From contig DAOUJL010000051.1 in the NCBI GenBank assembly GCA_034422735.1, positions 23,596-87,595 on the forward strand: 64,000 nt of DNA. Direction: 5' to 3'. Position 1 is the first letter of the stretch. Each line of letters starts with the position of its first letter. Position numbers and translations under genes: made by a program. The notes beneath the pieces are model-generated. The model was not told the DNA's origin. It made no database searches and worked only from the letters and a program-made list of their open reading frames with translations. The DNA is from Dehalococcoidia bacterium (GTDB taxonomy: Bacteria; Chloroflexota; Dehalococcoidia; Lucifugimonadales; CATOSD01). This document shows, piece by piece, positions 35,893 to 44,943 of the stretch.

Positions 35893-36759
35893 CTAGGCGC
35901 TCGCGGCCAGCAGAATCAGACCGGCCATGGCCGCCGCCAGGCCGACCCACTGGTTGGGTGCGATCCTCTCTCGGAAGAACACCAGCCCTCCCAGCATCGG
36001 CAGCGCCGGGTATATCGTGGCCGACGCGGCGACTATGGAGATCACGCCCACCTCGGCTCCGCGGGCGAACGCGAAGAGGCCGAGCGTCTCGAGCGCCGCG
36101 ATGAACAGCGCGCCTGCCAGCAGCCTCGGGCTAAGCGACCGCCAGGGCGAGGTCCGGGTTACCACCAGCGCCGGCGCCACCAGGACGAGCGTCATTATGC
36201 GCGTAAGGTAGATTGGCAGGAACCAGCCCAGTTCCCGCGAGGCGAGGCTTATCAGGTATTGCCAGCTTCCGAGGCATATCATCGCGACTATGCCGAACAG
36301 GACTCCCTGCCCGACCAGTTCCCGGCTGGACCTAAGGTTGCGCAAGTCCACCGACACCAGCGCCACACCGCCTATCACCGCGGGCATGGCGGCGAGTTGC
36401 AGGCCGTTGAGCCGCTCTCCAGCCAGCGCGACCGCCAGCAGGATGACCACCACCGCGTTCGCGCCGATTATCGGAGTGACGATGGCAATGGGACCGAGCT
36501 GGAGCGAGCGGTAGAAGAAGATGTAGGTCCCGAACGCCAGGACTGAGATGCCTGCCATCTCCGCCCACTGCGTCGCGCTCACACCGCCAATGCCGGCGGC
36601 GAAAGGCAGGTAGGCCGATGCGAGCACGACAGAGCCGACGTGTACCCAGAACACGGTCGGCAGCCCACCGATGCGCCGTGTTATCAGGGCGGCGGCGAAA
36701 TCGGACGCTCCCCAACCCAATGCCGCAAGCAGGCCAAATGCGAGACTCTCGATAACCAC
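35893..36759 (-). CDS. EamA/DMT-superfamily transporter
   Basis: 288 aa, 10 predicted TM helices in two EamA-like halves. GTG start. Confidence 0.85.
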   Translation of the reverse strand: MVIESLAFGLLAALGWGASDFAAALITRRIGGLPTVFWVHVGSVVLASAYLPFAAGIGGVSATQWAEMAGISVLAFGTYIFFYRSLQLGPIAIVTPIIGANAVVVILLAVALAGERLNGLQLAAMPAVIGGVALVSVDLRNLRSSRELVGQGVLFGIVAMICLGSWQYLISLASRELGWFLPIYLTRIMTLVLVAPALVVTRTSPWRSLSPRLLAGALFIAALETLGLFAFARGAEVGVISIVAASATIYPALPMLGGLVFFRERIAPNQWVGLAAAMAGLILLAASA

Positions 36760-36771
36760 GCGCCGGACGTG

Positions 36772-37947
36772 CTAGCGCGGGCCGGCGTCTGAGCCGGGGC
36801 CGTGCAGAAGTCGCAGGACGTCTGAGGTCGAGAGGCTGCCTACCAGGCGTCCCTCGTCGACCACCGGAATCTCGCCGTCCGGCAGGCTCGTCAGCAGTTC
36901 CACGGCATCATCCAGGTCGTCGTCGGGGCGAACTGCGGGCAGAGGCACCGGTCTCATGGCGTCGCGAACGGGCACGGCGCGCCAGAGCGTCGTCGGAACC
37001 GAGGAGGCGTCAACTCCGGCGAGCGTTCCGAGTAGCCAGTCGCCCTCGCATACGAACAGCACCTGCCGTCCCGAGGGAAGCAGTCGGTGATGTACGGCCT
37101 CGAACAGCGACATGTCCGGCGGAGTCACCGCCGGACTGCTCCACATCGCAAAGGACACGCGCGGCGCGTCCGCCTGTCCCGTGCCCTCCGGTCTGCGGGC
37201 GGAGGACGCCGCGGCCGCGAACAGGAACAGGCCCACGAGCACGAGCAGCAGCCCGCCCGGGTTGCCCTGCAACACCCGGAACGCTCCCCAGGCGGCGAAC
37301 GCAATGCCGAATAGCTGGCCTCCCCAGGCCGCCACGACGGTTGCGCGCCGGGCGTTGCCGCTCACTGCCCAGACTATCGAGCGCAGGATTCTCCCGCCAT
37401 CCATGGGGTAGGCCGGCACCAGGTTGAACAGGGCCAGCACCAGGTTAACCACCGCCAGGTAGACCAGTATGCCCTGCAGCGGCGATCTCCAGTCGCTGAC
37501 GGGCTGGAGCGCCAACCAGAACAGCCCGGCCAGCACAATGCTCGTCGCCGGGCCTACCGACGCGATCAAGAACTCCTCCAGTGCCGTGCGCGGCTCAGAT
37601 CGCAGCCGGCTGATTCCGCCCAGCAGAAACAGCGTGATGCCCTGCACCTCGATCCCCCGCCGCCTCGCGACCAGGGAATGCGCGAACTCGTGCGCCAACA
37701 CCGATGCGAACAGCAGCAGCGCTGCGGCCAGAGCAGTCATCCAGTACTGCGCGCCGCTCCAGCCCCAGTAGAGCGAGGGGTAGAACTGCGTCGCCAGACT
37801 CCATGTCACCAGGCCGAGCAACAGGAACCACGAGTAGTGGAGCCCCACGCGGATGCCCGAGATGGTAGCGACGTTGATCGTGGAGCCTCGCACCATGGGC
37901 CCAAGCAGGAAACGCTGCGCCGCCGTGCCTAAACGTCTCAAAAGCAC
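36772..37947 (-). CDS. Site-2 protease family (M50) metalloprotease with C-terminal CBS pair
   Basis: HEFAHSLVARRRG (HExxH) in a TM helix, and a second motif region ...NLVPAYPMDGGRIL... The C-terminal ~130 aa is CBS-like. The start may be the internal M (MVRGS..., 37896). Confidence 0.88.
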   Translation of the reverse strand: MLLRRLGTAAQRFLLGPMVRGSTINVATISGIRVGLHYSWFLLLGLVTWSLATQFYPSLYWGWSGAQYWMTALAAALLLFASVLAHEFAHSLVARRRGIEVQGITLFLLGGISRLRSEPRTALEEFLIASVGPATSIVLAGLFWLALQPVSDWRSPLQGILVYLAVVNLVLALFNLVPAYPMDGGRILRSIVWAVSGNARRATVVAAWGGQLFGIAFAAWGAFRVLQGNPGGLLLVLVGLFLFAAAASSARRPEGTGQADAPRVSFAMWSSPAVTPPDMSLFEAVHHRLLPSGRQVLFVCEGDWLLGTLAGVDASSVPTTLWRAVPVRDAMRPVPLPAVRPDDDLDDAVELLTSLPDGEIPVVDEGRLVGSLSTSDVLRLLHGPGSDAGPR

Positions 37948-37976
37948 TGGGCGAATCTGTCGGCCGGTGGGGGCCG

Positions 37977-39089
37977 TCAGCCCATCACCGTTACGCCGAT
38001 GAGCCGGCCTATGCCGTAGGTGACGGCGGCGGCGGCGCTTCCCAGCGCCAGCATCCTGATCGCGCCCCAGACCGGGTTATTCCCCGAGGCCAGGCTGAGA
38101 GCGCCCCCCACGATCACGAGCGCGCCCGCGCTCATTGCGGCGCTCAGCACGAAGGCCGAGACGCCGGCGTCGAACATGTACGCGAGAATCGGAATGAGCG
38201 CGCCCACGACGAACGCCGCGAACGAACTGAACGCCGCCTGCCACGGCGAACCGAGCTGGTCCGGATCCAGCCCCAGTTCCTCTCTCGCCATAGTGTCCAA
38301 GGCCACCTCCGGGCGCTCCATGATGCGCTTGGCGAAGGTCTCGGCCTCCTCCTGGCTCAGCCCCTTGGCGCGGTATATGAGCACCAACTCCTGCTCTTCC
38401 TCTTCGGGCCAGGCCTCGAGCTCGGCGCGCTCGACACGGATGCTCTTTTCATACACGTCCCGCTGGGAACGCATAGAGACGTACTCACCGGCCGCCATCG
38501 AGAAGGCTCCGGCCAGAAGACCGGCCAGACCGGCCAGCAGAACGAAGTCCGGGTTCCCCGAGCCGCCCGCCACTCCCATCACCAGGCTGAAGTTGGACAC
38601 CAGACCGTCGTTCACGCCCAGCACCGCGGCCCTCAGACCGCCGCCGCCGACGGCGCTGGAGCGGCGCAACTCCTGCCGAGCCGGCCCGTCCTCGCCGGCG
38701 TCCAGGCGCCGCAGGGTGCGTGCGTGCTCGCGCTCCTCGGCGGCCATGTCCTCGGCGCCCGGCTCGTAGTCGTAGGCGTCGATCTCCTTTGCCTCCACAC
38801 GGATGAGCCACGGCAGGACGCGCTTGACGCCCAAGACGCCGAGAGCGAGGTTGAACACGCGAACCCTGAGGTTGACCTTGGGCTGGATCGACTCGGTATC
38901 CTCCACGCCCAGTTTCTCGGCCCACCTGCGGGCGTGGCGGAGTTCCGACTCGACGAGTTGTTCGAATTTCTCGGCTTTAGCGGCGTTGTCTTCCGCTTTT
39001 GCCATGGAGGCGTACATAGCCGCCGCTTCCAGCTCCGCGTCCAGAAACTCCCTGTAGCGCCTTCTATCCGAATCTCTCATGCTCTCCAT
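37977..39089 (-). CDS. VIT1/CCC1-family iron/manganese transporter with N-terminal ferritin-like (rubrerythrin-type) domain
   Basis: 370 aa. N-terminal ...LDAELEAAAMYASMA...ESELRHARRWAEKL...EREHARTL (Er-type ExxH pairs), then a C-terminal 5-TM VIT1 body. Confidence 0.85.
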   Translation of the reverse strand: MESMRDSDRRRYREFLDAELEAAAMYASMAKAEDNAAKAEKFEQLVESELRHARRWAEKLGVEDTESIQPKVNLRVRVFNLALGVLGVKRVLPWLIRVEAKEIDAYDYEPGAEDMAAEEREHARTLRRLDAGEDGPARQELRRSSAVGGGGLRAAVLGVNDGLVSNFSLVMGVAGGSGNPDFVLLAGLAGLLAGAFSMAAGEYVSMRSQRDVYEKSIRVERAELEAWPEEEEQELVLIYRAKGLSQEEAETFAKRIMERPEVALDTMAREELGLDPDQLGSPWQAAFSSFAAFVVGALIPILAYMFDAGVSAFVLSAAMSAGALVIVGGALSLASGNNPVWGAIRMLALGSAAAAVTYGIGRLIGVTVMG

Positions 39090-39118
39090 TATATGGCAAA
39101 TGGGGTCCGGCTGGCGTG

Positions 39119-39973
39119 TCAGGCGCTCAGCCCCAGTTCGTCCCGTATGGCCTTCAGACGATCAAGATTCGGCTTGTCCGGCCCCTTCTTATCGTCGCCG
39201 GGTACCTCCAGCAGGAAAGGCACTCCGGCAAACGCCTCGTGGCCCATTATGACGCGAAAGCCGTCGACGCCGATGAAGCCGCTGCCTATGTTCTCATGGC
39301 GGTCCACACCCGAGCCGAACTCCACCTTCGAGTCGTTGGCGTGCACGGCCACCAGGTTCGCCAGACCGATATTGCGGTCGAAGTCCCGCATCGCGTCGTC
39401 GATTCCCTGCGGGTCCGCCACACTGTAGCCAGCCGCGAAGGCGTGCTGGGTGTCCAGGCACACCTTCACTCTCGGGCTGCTCACCAACTCCATCAGCAAG
39501 CCGATTTCCTGGAACGACGCCCCCAGATGTGATCCCATGCCGGCACTGTTCTCCAGGATGAGGTAGGTGTCGTCGGGGGTATTGGCGATCACCTCCGACA
39601 GCGCAGCGGCCGCGGCGTCCTTGACCGCGTCGAACCCGGCAGACTTGTGGCTGCCGCAGTGGAAAATGACGCCCACCGCGCCGAGCTGGGAGGCGGCGTG
39701 CATGTGATTGACAAGCGAGTCGATGGACTTGCGCAGCAGGTCGGGTCCGCCCGCTATGTTGACCAGGTAGCTGCCGTGCAGGAAGGAGGTCAACTCGCCG
39801 GCCGCGGCGGCCTTCTCTTGAAAGGCCGTCGCCTGTTCCTCCGGTACGGGCCGGAACTTCCAGGCTCTGGGCGAGGACGCGAAGATCTGGATGGCTTCCG
39901 CGCCGATCTCCTGCCCCCTGTCGATGGCGTTCGATGCTCCTCCCGCGGAGGATACGTGCGCGCCGAGTTTCAT
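39119..39973 (-). CDS. nfo: Deoxyribonuclease IV (endonuclease IV)
   Basis: ORF 39119..40063(-) trimmed to ATG 39973 (GAGGAG upstream). MKLGAHVSSAGG...IQIFASSPRAW...HGSYLVN...HAND... Confidence 0.93.
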   Translation of the reverse strand: MKLGAHVSSAGGASNAIDRGQEIGAEAIQIFASSPRAWKFRPVPEEQATAFQEKAAAAGELTSFLHGSYLVNIAGGPDLLRKSIDSLVNHMHAASQLGAVGVIFHCGSHKSAGFDAVKDAAAAALSEVIANTPDDTYLILENSAGMGSHLGASFQEIGLLMELVSSPRVKVCLDTQHAFAAGYSVADPQGIDDAMRDFDRNIGLANLVAVHANDSKVEFGSGVDRHENIGSGFIGVDGFRVIMGHEAFAGVPFLLEVPGDDKKGPDKPNLDRLKAIRDELGLSA

Positions 39974-40061
39974 CTGTTTGCTCCTCACTGCCTGCGATTG
40001 GCCGCGCTGCACGCCTCGCTGCTCATTATCGGCAACGGGCGCGGCTTGGGTCTCAAGCTCC

Positions 40062-40109
40062 ATTATAGGCCAGGCCGCGATTGAGCCAAAGACAGAATTG
40101 GCCTATAAT
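40062..40109. promoter_or_regulatory. Dyad-symmetric back-to-back divergent promoters (nfo to the left, oxidoreductase operon to the right)
   Basis: 11-bp perfect inverted repeat ATTATAGGCCA (40062-40072) / TGGCCTATAAT (40099-40109) gives a TATAAT on each strand. The -35 boxes TTGAGC (plus, 40081-40086) and TTGGCT (minus, 40084-40089) overlap. Confidence 0.55.
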
Positions 40110-40189
40110 CTGGCCACGCCGAGCGGGCATCTCACACAGAGGGAGCACGACTCGCCTCTCGATACCCAACACTTGAGACGGAGCGGCAT

Positions 40190-41092
40190 ATGCGAATCGA
40201 AACAGTGGCAATTCTCAGCCCGGGAGACATGGGTCACGCCGTGGGCCGCGCGCTGCGCGAGCACGGGCTGAGCGTCATATCCCACCTGGAGGGCAGAAGC
40301 GAGCGCACCAGGGATCTCGCGCACCGGGCAGGCATCGTGGAAGTCGCGAACCTGGAGGGGCTGGTAAAGGAGGCCGACGTGGTCCTTTCGATACTCGTGC
40401 CTTCGGAAGCCGCCGGGGTGGCCGAGTCCGTGGCGGACGCGATTCGCGCCACCGGAGTGGACACCATGTTCGCGGACTGCAACGCGGTCTCGCCCGCCAC
40501 CGCCGCCGCGATGTGCGACACGATCACGTCCGCGGGCGGCTGCTACGTGGACGGCGGCATCATCGGCGGCCCGCCCGCGCCAGGCTCGCCGCGCGTGCGC
40601 ATCTACGTTTCGGGCGAGCGCGCCGTCGAGCTTTCCGCGCTGGACTGCGACGGCGTGGCCATCAAGCAGATGGGCGACCAGATTGGCCGCGCATCCGCCA
40701 TCAAGATGTGCTACGCGGCGCTGACCAAGGGCACTTCCTCGCTGCAACTGGCACTGCTGACCACGGCCAGGGTGTTGGGCGTTTCCGAGGAGTTGGCCGC
40801 GGAATTCTCCTCGTCGCAGTCCGCCGCCTTCGAGGCGATGAACAGGGGTCTGCCGGGCCTTCCCTCCAAGGCGTTCCGATGGATCGGAGAGATGGAGGAG
40901 ATCGCAGACACCTTCGACGCGGCGGGTGTGACGCCGTTCTTCCACAGAGGCGCCGCCGAGATGTACCGGCTGATGAGCGAGACACCCTTCGCGAACGAGA
41001 CGCCGGAGACCATCGCCAGGGGTCGGACCCTCGACGAGACTATCGCCGCGCTGGCCGAGCTGGTGTCGGCGCCCGCCCCGGCGGGAGACTAG
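40190..41092 (+). CDS. NAD(P)-dependent oxidoreductase (6-phosphogluconate-dehydrogenase-like NAD-binding domain + DUF1932-like C-terminus)
   Basis: 300 aa. N-terminal Rossmann motif VAILSPGDMGHAVGRAL. Helical C-terminal domain. Confidence 0.65.
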   Translation: MRIETVAILSPGDMGHAVGRALREHGLSVISHLEGRSERTRDLAHRAGIVEVANLEGLVKEADVVLSILVPSEAAGVAESVADAIRATGVDTMFADCNAVSPATAAAMCDTITSAGGCYVDGGIIGGPPAPGSPRVRIYVSGERAVELSALDCDGVAIKQMGDQIGRASAIKMCYAALTKGTSSLQLALLTTARVLGVSEELAAEFSSSQSAAFEAMNRGLPGLPSKAFRWIGEMEEIADTFDAAGVTPFFHRGAAEMYRLMSETPFANETPETIARGRTLDETIAALAELVSAPAPAGD

Positions 41093-41095
41093 GGC

Positions 41096-42133
41096 GTGAC
41101 GATGCGCGCGCTCGTCCTGGAGAGGCCGGGCGACGAGCCGATTCTCACCGTCCGCGACCTTCCTATGCCATCCCCGGGGCCCGGGGAGGCGGTGCTGGAG
41201 GTCGCGGCCTGCGGCATGTGCTACCACGACGTCGCCGTCATTGCGGGCACGCTACGCCGGGGGGTCAAAGCCGACGTGGTGCTCGGACACGAGATTTCGG
41301 GCCGCGTCGCCGAGGTGGGCGACGGCGTCGAGGGCCTCAGCGTCGGCGACAGGGTGGTAGCCACGCTGACGACCTACTGCGGTCGGTGCGCGAACTGCGC
41401 GGCGGGGCGCCAGTACAGGTGCGACAATGGGCAGGGCCTGGGCCATGGGCTGGACGGTGGATTCGCCCAGTACATCTGTCTGCCCAGCAACAGCTTCGTT
41501 CGGCTGCCCGACGGCATCGATCTGGTGGACGCAGCGGTGCTCGGCTGCCCGCTGGGCGTGGCGCTGCGCGCGGTGCGCGATGTGGCGCGAGTCCGGCCCG
41601 GCGAGACGGTGCTGGTTACGGGCGGCGGCGGCGGCCTGGGCATCCACGCCGCGCAGGTTGCGGCGGCGCTGGGCGCGCGGACGCTCGCGGTCACAGGCTC
41701 GCCGGAGAAGCTGGACGCCATCGAGGGGGCCGCGCCGTGCGAGGTTATCCTCGCCGATGGCGAGCTGGACTTCGCGGAGATTGTGCTGGCGCTCACGGAA
41801 GACGAGGGCGTGAACGCGGCCATCGACACGGTAGGGTCGGCGCTGTTCCGCTCGGTGTTGAACAGCCTGGCGCAGTACGGCAGGATGACGCTTCTGGGAG
41901 AGATCGAGGGCCAGCGCGTGTCCTTGAATCTGGCGGAGATACTCTTCCGGGACGCGACGATCAATTCGTCGACGGGCGCGGGCCCACGGGACATCGAGGA
42001 CGCGGCCCAGATGGTTGCCGATGGGCTGGTATCGCCGGTTGTGTCGGCGCGGTACGGGCTCGAGGATTGGAAGCAGGCCTACGACGCCATGCGCGACCGC
42101 CGCACGTTCGGCCGCGTGGTGCTGACGCCCTAA
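41096..42133 (+). CDS. Zinc-dependent alcohol dehydrogenase family (MDR) protein
   Basis: 345 aa. CGMCYHD...GHEISG (catalytic Zn), CGRCANCAAGRQYRC (structural Zn) and VTGGGGGLG (NAD(P) fold). Confidence 0.92.
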   Translation: MTMRALVLERPGDEPILTVRDLPMPSPGPGEAVLEVAACGMCYHDVAVIAGTLRRGVKADVVLGHEISGRVAEVGDGVEGLSVGDRVVATLTTYCGRCANCAAGRQYRCDNGQGLGHGLDGGFAQYICLPSNSFVRLPDGIDLVDAAVLGCPLGVALRAVRDVARVRPGETVLVTGGGGGLGIHAAQVAAALGARTLAVTGSPEKLDAIEGAAPCEVILADGELDFAEIVLALTEDEGVNAAIDTVGSALFRSVLNSLAQYGRMTLLGEIEGQRVSLNLAEILFRDATINSSTGAGPRDIEDAAQMVADGLVSPVVSARYGLEDWKQAYDAMRDRRTFGRVVLTP

Positions 42134-43062
42134 GTCGCCGCTGCCGGACTCGGCCTGCGGAACACCCTACGGAACAGCGATCGCGCGTCGCCGTACTCCC
42201 ACGACACCAGCAACTGGCTGGCGATGCCGATTGAGCTGTACGTTCCCACCACCACCCCGATCAGCAGCACCAGCAGGAACGTCCGTATCGTCGTGCCGCC
42301 GAACAGCAGCAGCGCCACCAGCGTGAACAGCAGCGTGAGGCTGGTGTTCAGAGAGCGGCCCAGTGACTCGGAGATGCTCAGGTTCACGTTGTCGGCGAAG
42401 CCGCTGTTCGGATTCAGGAGCACGTTCTCGCGCAGCCGGTCGAACACCACTATAGTGTCGTTGACGCTGTAACCGATCACGGTGAGCAGCGCGATCAGGA
42501 ACATGGTGTTCACTTCCACGTCCCACACGTAGCCCAGAAGCGCGAATATGCCCACCACGATGAACGTATCGTGGAGCAGGGCCACGATGGCCGCCGCACC
42601 GTACCGGAACGGGCTGGGCACGTTTCGGAATGCCCACCACACGTAAAGGAAGATGCCAACGGAGGCGGCCAGCACGGCCCACATGGCGTTGAGCACCGTC
42701 TCTCGCGCAACCACGGGCGATACGAGGTCGAACGCCAGAACGGTGGACCCGCTCGGCGACAGGTCGGACTCGAGACCCTCTACCAAGGCATCCTTCTGCC
42801 CCTCGTTCAACTCGACCGTGCGGATGAAGAACGTGTCTCCTCCCATGCTCTGCACCACCGCCTCGGGCCGTCCCATACCCTCAAGGCTGGTGCGCAGGCT
42901 CCCCTGATCGACGCTCTCGGAGAACTCCACAATGAGCGTGGAGCCACCGGTGAAGTCGATTCCAGGCCTGAGGCCCGGCGCGAGTATCAGAAACACCACC
43001 CCCGGCAGGATGACCACCAGAGAGATGATGAAGAACCAACCCCTCTTGCCCGCGAAGTCCAA
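42130..43062 (-). CDS. secF: Protein translocase subunit SecF
   Basis: 310 aa. ...GIDFTGGS... and a 6-TM SecD/SecF C-terminal domain. Lies immediately downstream of secD. Confidence 0.95.
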   Translation of the reverse strand: MDFAGKRGWFFIISLVVILPGVVFLILAPGLRPGIDFTGGSTLIVEFSESVDQGSLRTSLEGMGRPEAVVQSMGGDTFFIRTVELNEGQKDALVEGLESDLSPSGSTVLAFDLVSPVVARETVLNAMWAVLAASVGIFLYVWWAFRNVPSPFRYGAAAIVALLHDTFIVVGIFALLGYVWDVEVNTMFLIALLTVIGYSVNDTIVVFDRLRENVLLNPNSGFADNVNLSISESLGRSLNTSLTLLFTLVALLLFGGTTIRTFLLVLLIGVVVGTYSSIGIASQLLVSWEYGDARSLFRRVFRRPSPAAAT

Positions 43063-43074
43063 TTGCTCGCTCCT

Positions 43075-44943
43075 CTATGCCGTGCCCGACGGCATCTGCC
43101 GCTGGGGAAGCTCGCCGCCGCCGGTCGGCACGAACACGCCCAGGCCCCGGGATATCCGCGTAGTCGACAGGACTCTCAGGAGCGTCCTGCTCACCGTAAT
43201 GGCCGAGAACATGCTGACCAGCACGCCGATGGCCAGGGTAGCCGCGAATCCCTGAACGATGGTGGTGCCCAACTGGTCCGAGAACCAGAACAGTATGCCG
43301 CACGTTATCAGGGTGGACACGTTGCCGTCCCGGATCGCCGGCCACGCCCTGTCGAATCCAATGTTGATTGCGGAGAGCAGAGTGCGTCCGGCGCGCAACT
43401 CTTCCTTCATGCGCTCGAATATCAGGATGTTCGCGTCCACCGCCATGCCTACGGACAGTATCGCCGCGGCGACGCCCGACAGCGTGAGCGTGACCGGCAG
43501 AATCTTGAATATCGCCAGCAGCAGAGCCGCGTAGATGAGCAGCGCCACCGCGGCCACCACGCCGGGCACCCGGTAGTAGAGCGCCATGAACAGGAGCACC
43601 AGGCCCAGACCCACCAGTCCCGCCACCACGCTCCTCCTGAGCGAGTCGGCGCCTAGAATCGCGTCGATGTCCCGTTCCTGGATAAGCTCGACCGGCACGG
43701 GTAGCCGACCGGACTCGAGCAGCAGCGCGATGTCTCGAGCTCGCTCGAGCGTAAAGTTGCCCTGGATGTAGCCAGTTCCGGACGTGATCTCCGACGTCAC
43801 CACCGGCGCGATCAACTCCTCGTTGTCCAGGAATATCGCGATGGACTCCTCTGTGCCGACGATCTGCTGTGTAAGCTCGCCGAAAATGCGCGTTCCCCGG
43901 TCGTTGAACTCGATATTGACGATGGGCACGCCGGATCCGGCGTGCGTCCCGGCGAACGCCCTCTGCAGGTCGTCTCCGGTCAGCCCTATCTCCTCGTCAG
44001 CGGCGCCCTGAATCTCCGTGAAGCTGGCGGAGGGGCCCGCGCCCAGGCGCTCGTTCGTGTACGCTATCAGCGCCTCGGCCTCCTGCTCCGCGTCTGCGTA
44101 GGGCTCCAGTGCCATGGCGTAGCTGGTGCTGGATGCCAGCCGCTGGAAGTAGAACGACGGAGCGTCGGTGTATCTCAGGGGCTCATCCCCCTCTATTGCG
44201 ATCTCCAGCCGGCTCAGGCGCGGCGATGCCTCGGTGAAGGATGCCGCAATCTCATCCAGAACCGCGCCGAACTTGGCGGCGCCATCCTCGGTGAACTCGA
44301 ACACGAGCACCGGCGGCAGCGCCTCTGCCGGTTGCGCTTCCTGTGTGGACGTCGCCGCTTCCGAGGCCGGTTCGGCCTCTTCGGTCGATGTTGCGGTCGC
44401 GTCGGTCGTCGTGGACATGACCTCGTCGGTGGAAGTCCCGAAATCCGCCTCCAACTCGGCCTCACTCGGCAGGCGGCGGGCGGTCATGCTGACGACGTCG
44501 GCGGGACCGAGTTGTTCCAGCTTCCTGGGAACGTCGAGGCGACGGTGCTTGAACTCAAGCAGCGCGGTCTCGCCTATGATCTCTTTCGCCCGGCCCGGGT
44601 CACGCACGCCTGGTAGCTGCACCAGCAGCCTGTCCGCGCCCAGAATCTGGATGATCGGCTCGCCGAGACCGGAACTGTTCACTCTACGCTCGATGATCCG
44701 CTTCAACCCGGCCATGTCATCGGAGCTTGGAGGAGTGACCAGGCCCGTGGCCGGGTCGACCACGTCCTGCACCTGATAGACTAGGTGAATACCGCCCTGG
44801 AGATCGAGGCCCAGGCTGAGGCCGAGGACGGTGTCCCCTCCCCGCTCGAAGCCCGCGAAAGAGATTTTCTGCACGGCAAGCGCGGCCACGGCCACGGCCA
44901 GCAGAAAGGCGATGAGTATCAGCGTCCGGGCATACCTACGCAA
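43075..44943 (-). CDS. secD: Protein translocase subunit SecD (with acidic Thr/Ser/Ala/Glu-rich insertion in the periplasmic-type head)
   Basis: ORF 43075..45093(-) trimmed to TTG 44943 (GGAGG 5 nt upstream), which overlaps the cca stop by 8 nt. LGLDLQGG... and the C-terminal 6-TM domain are SecD-typical. Confidence 0.93.
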   Translation of the reverse strand: MRRYARTLILIAFLLAVAVAALAVQKISFAGFERGGDTVLGLSLGLDLQGGIHLVYQVQDVVDPATGLVTPPSSDDMAGLKRIIERRVNSSGLGEPIIQILGADRLLVQLPGVRDPGRAKEIIGETALLEFKHRRLDVPRKLEQLGPADVVSMTARRLPSEAELEADFGTSTDEVMSTTTDATATSTEEAEPASEAATSTQEAQPAEALPPVLVFEFTEDGAAKFGAVLDEIAASFTEASPRLSRLEIAIEGDEPLRYTDAPSFYFQRLASSTSYAMALEPYADAEQEAEALIAYTNERLGAGPSASFTEIQGAADEEIGLTGDDLQRAFAGTHAGSGVPIVNIEFNDRGTRIFGELTQQIVGTEESIAIFLDNEELIAPVVTSEITSGTGYIQGNFTLERARDIALLLESGRLPVPVELIQERDIDAILGADSLRRSVVAGLVGLGLVLLFMALYYRVPGVVAAVALLIYAALLLAIFKILPVTLTLSGVAAAILSVGMAVDANILIFERMKEELRAGRTLLSAINIGFDRAWPAIRDGNVSTLITCGILFWFSDQLGTTIVQGFAATLAIGVLVSMFSAITVSRTLLRVLSTTRISRGLGVFVPTGGGELPQRQMPSGTA

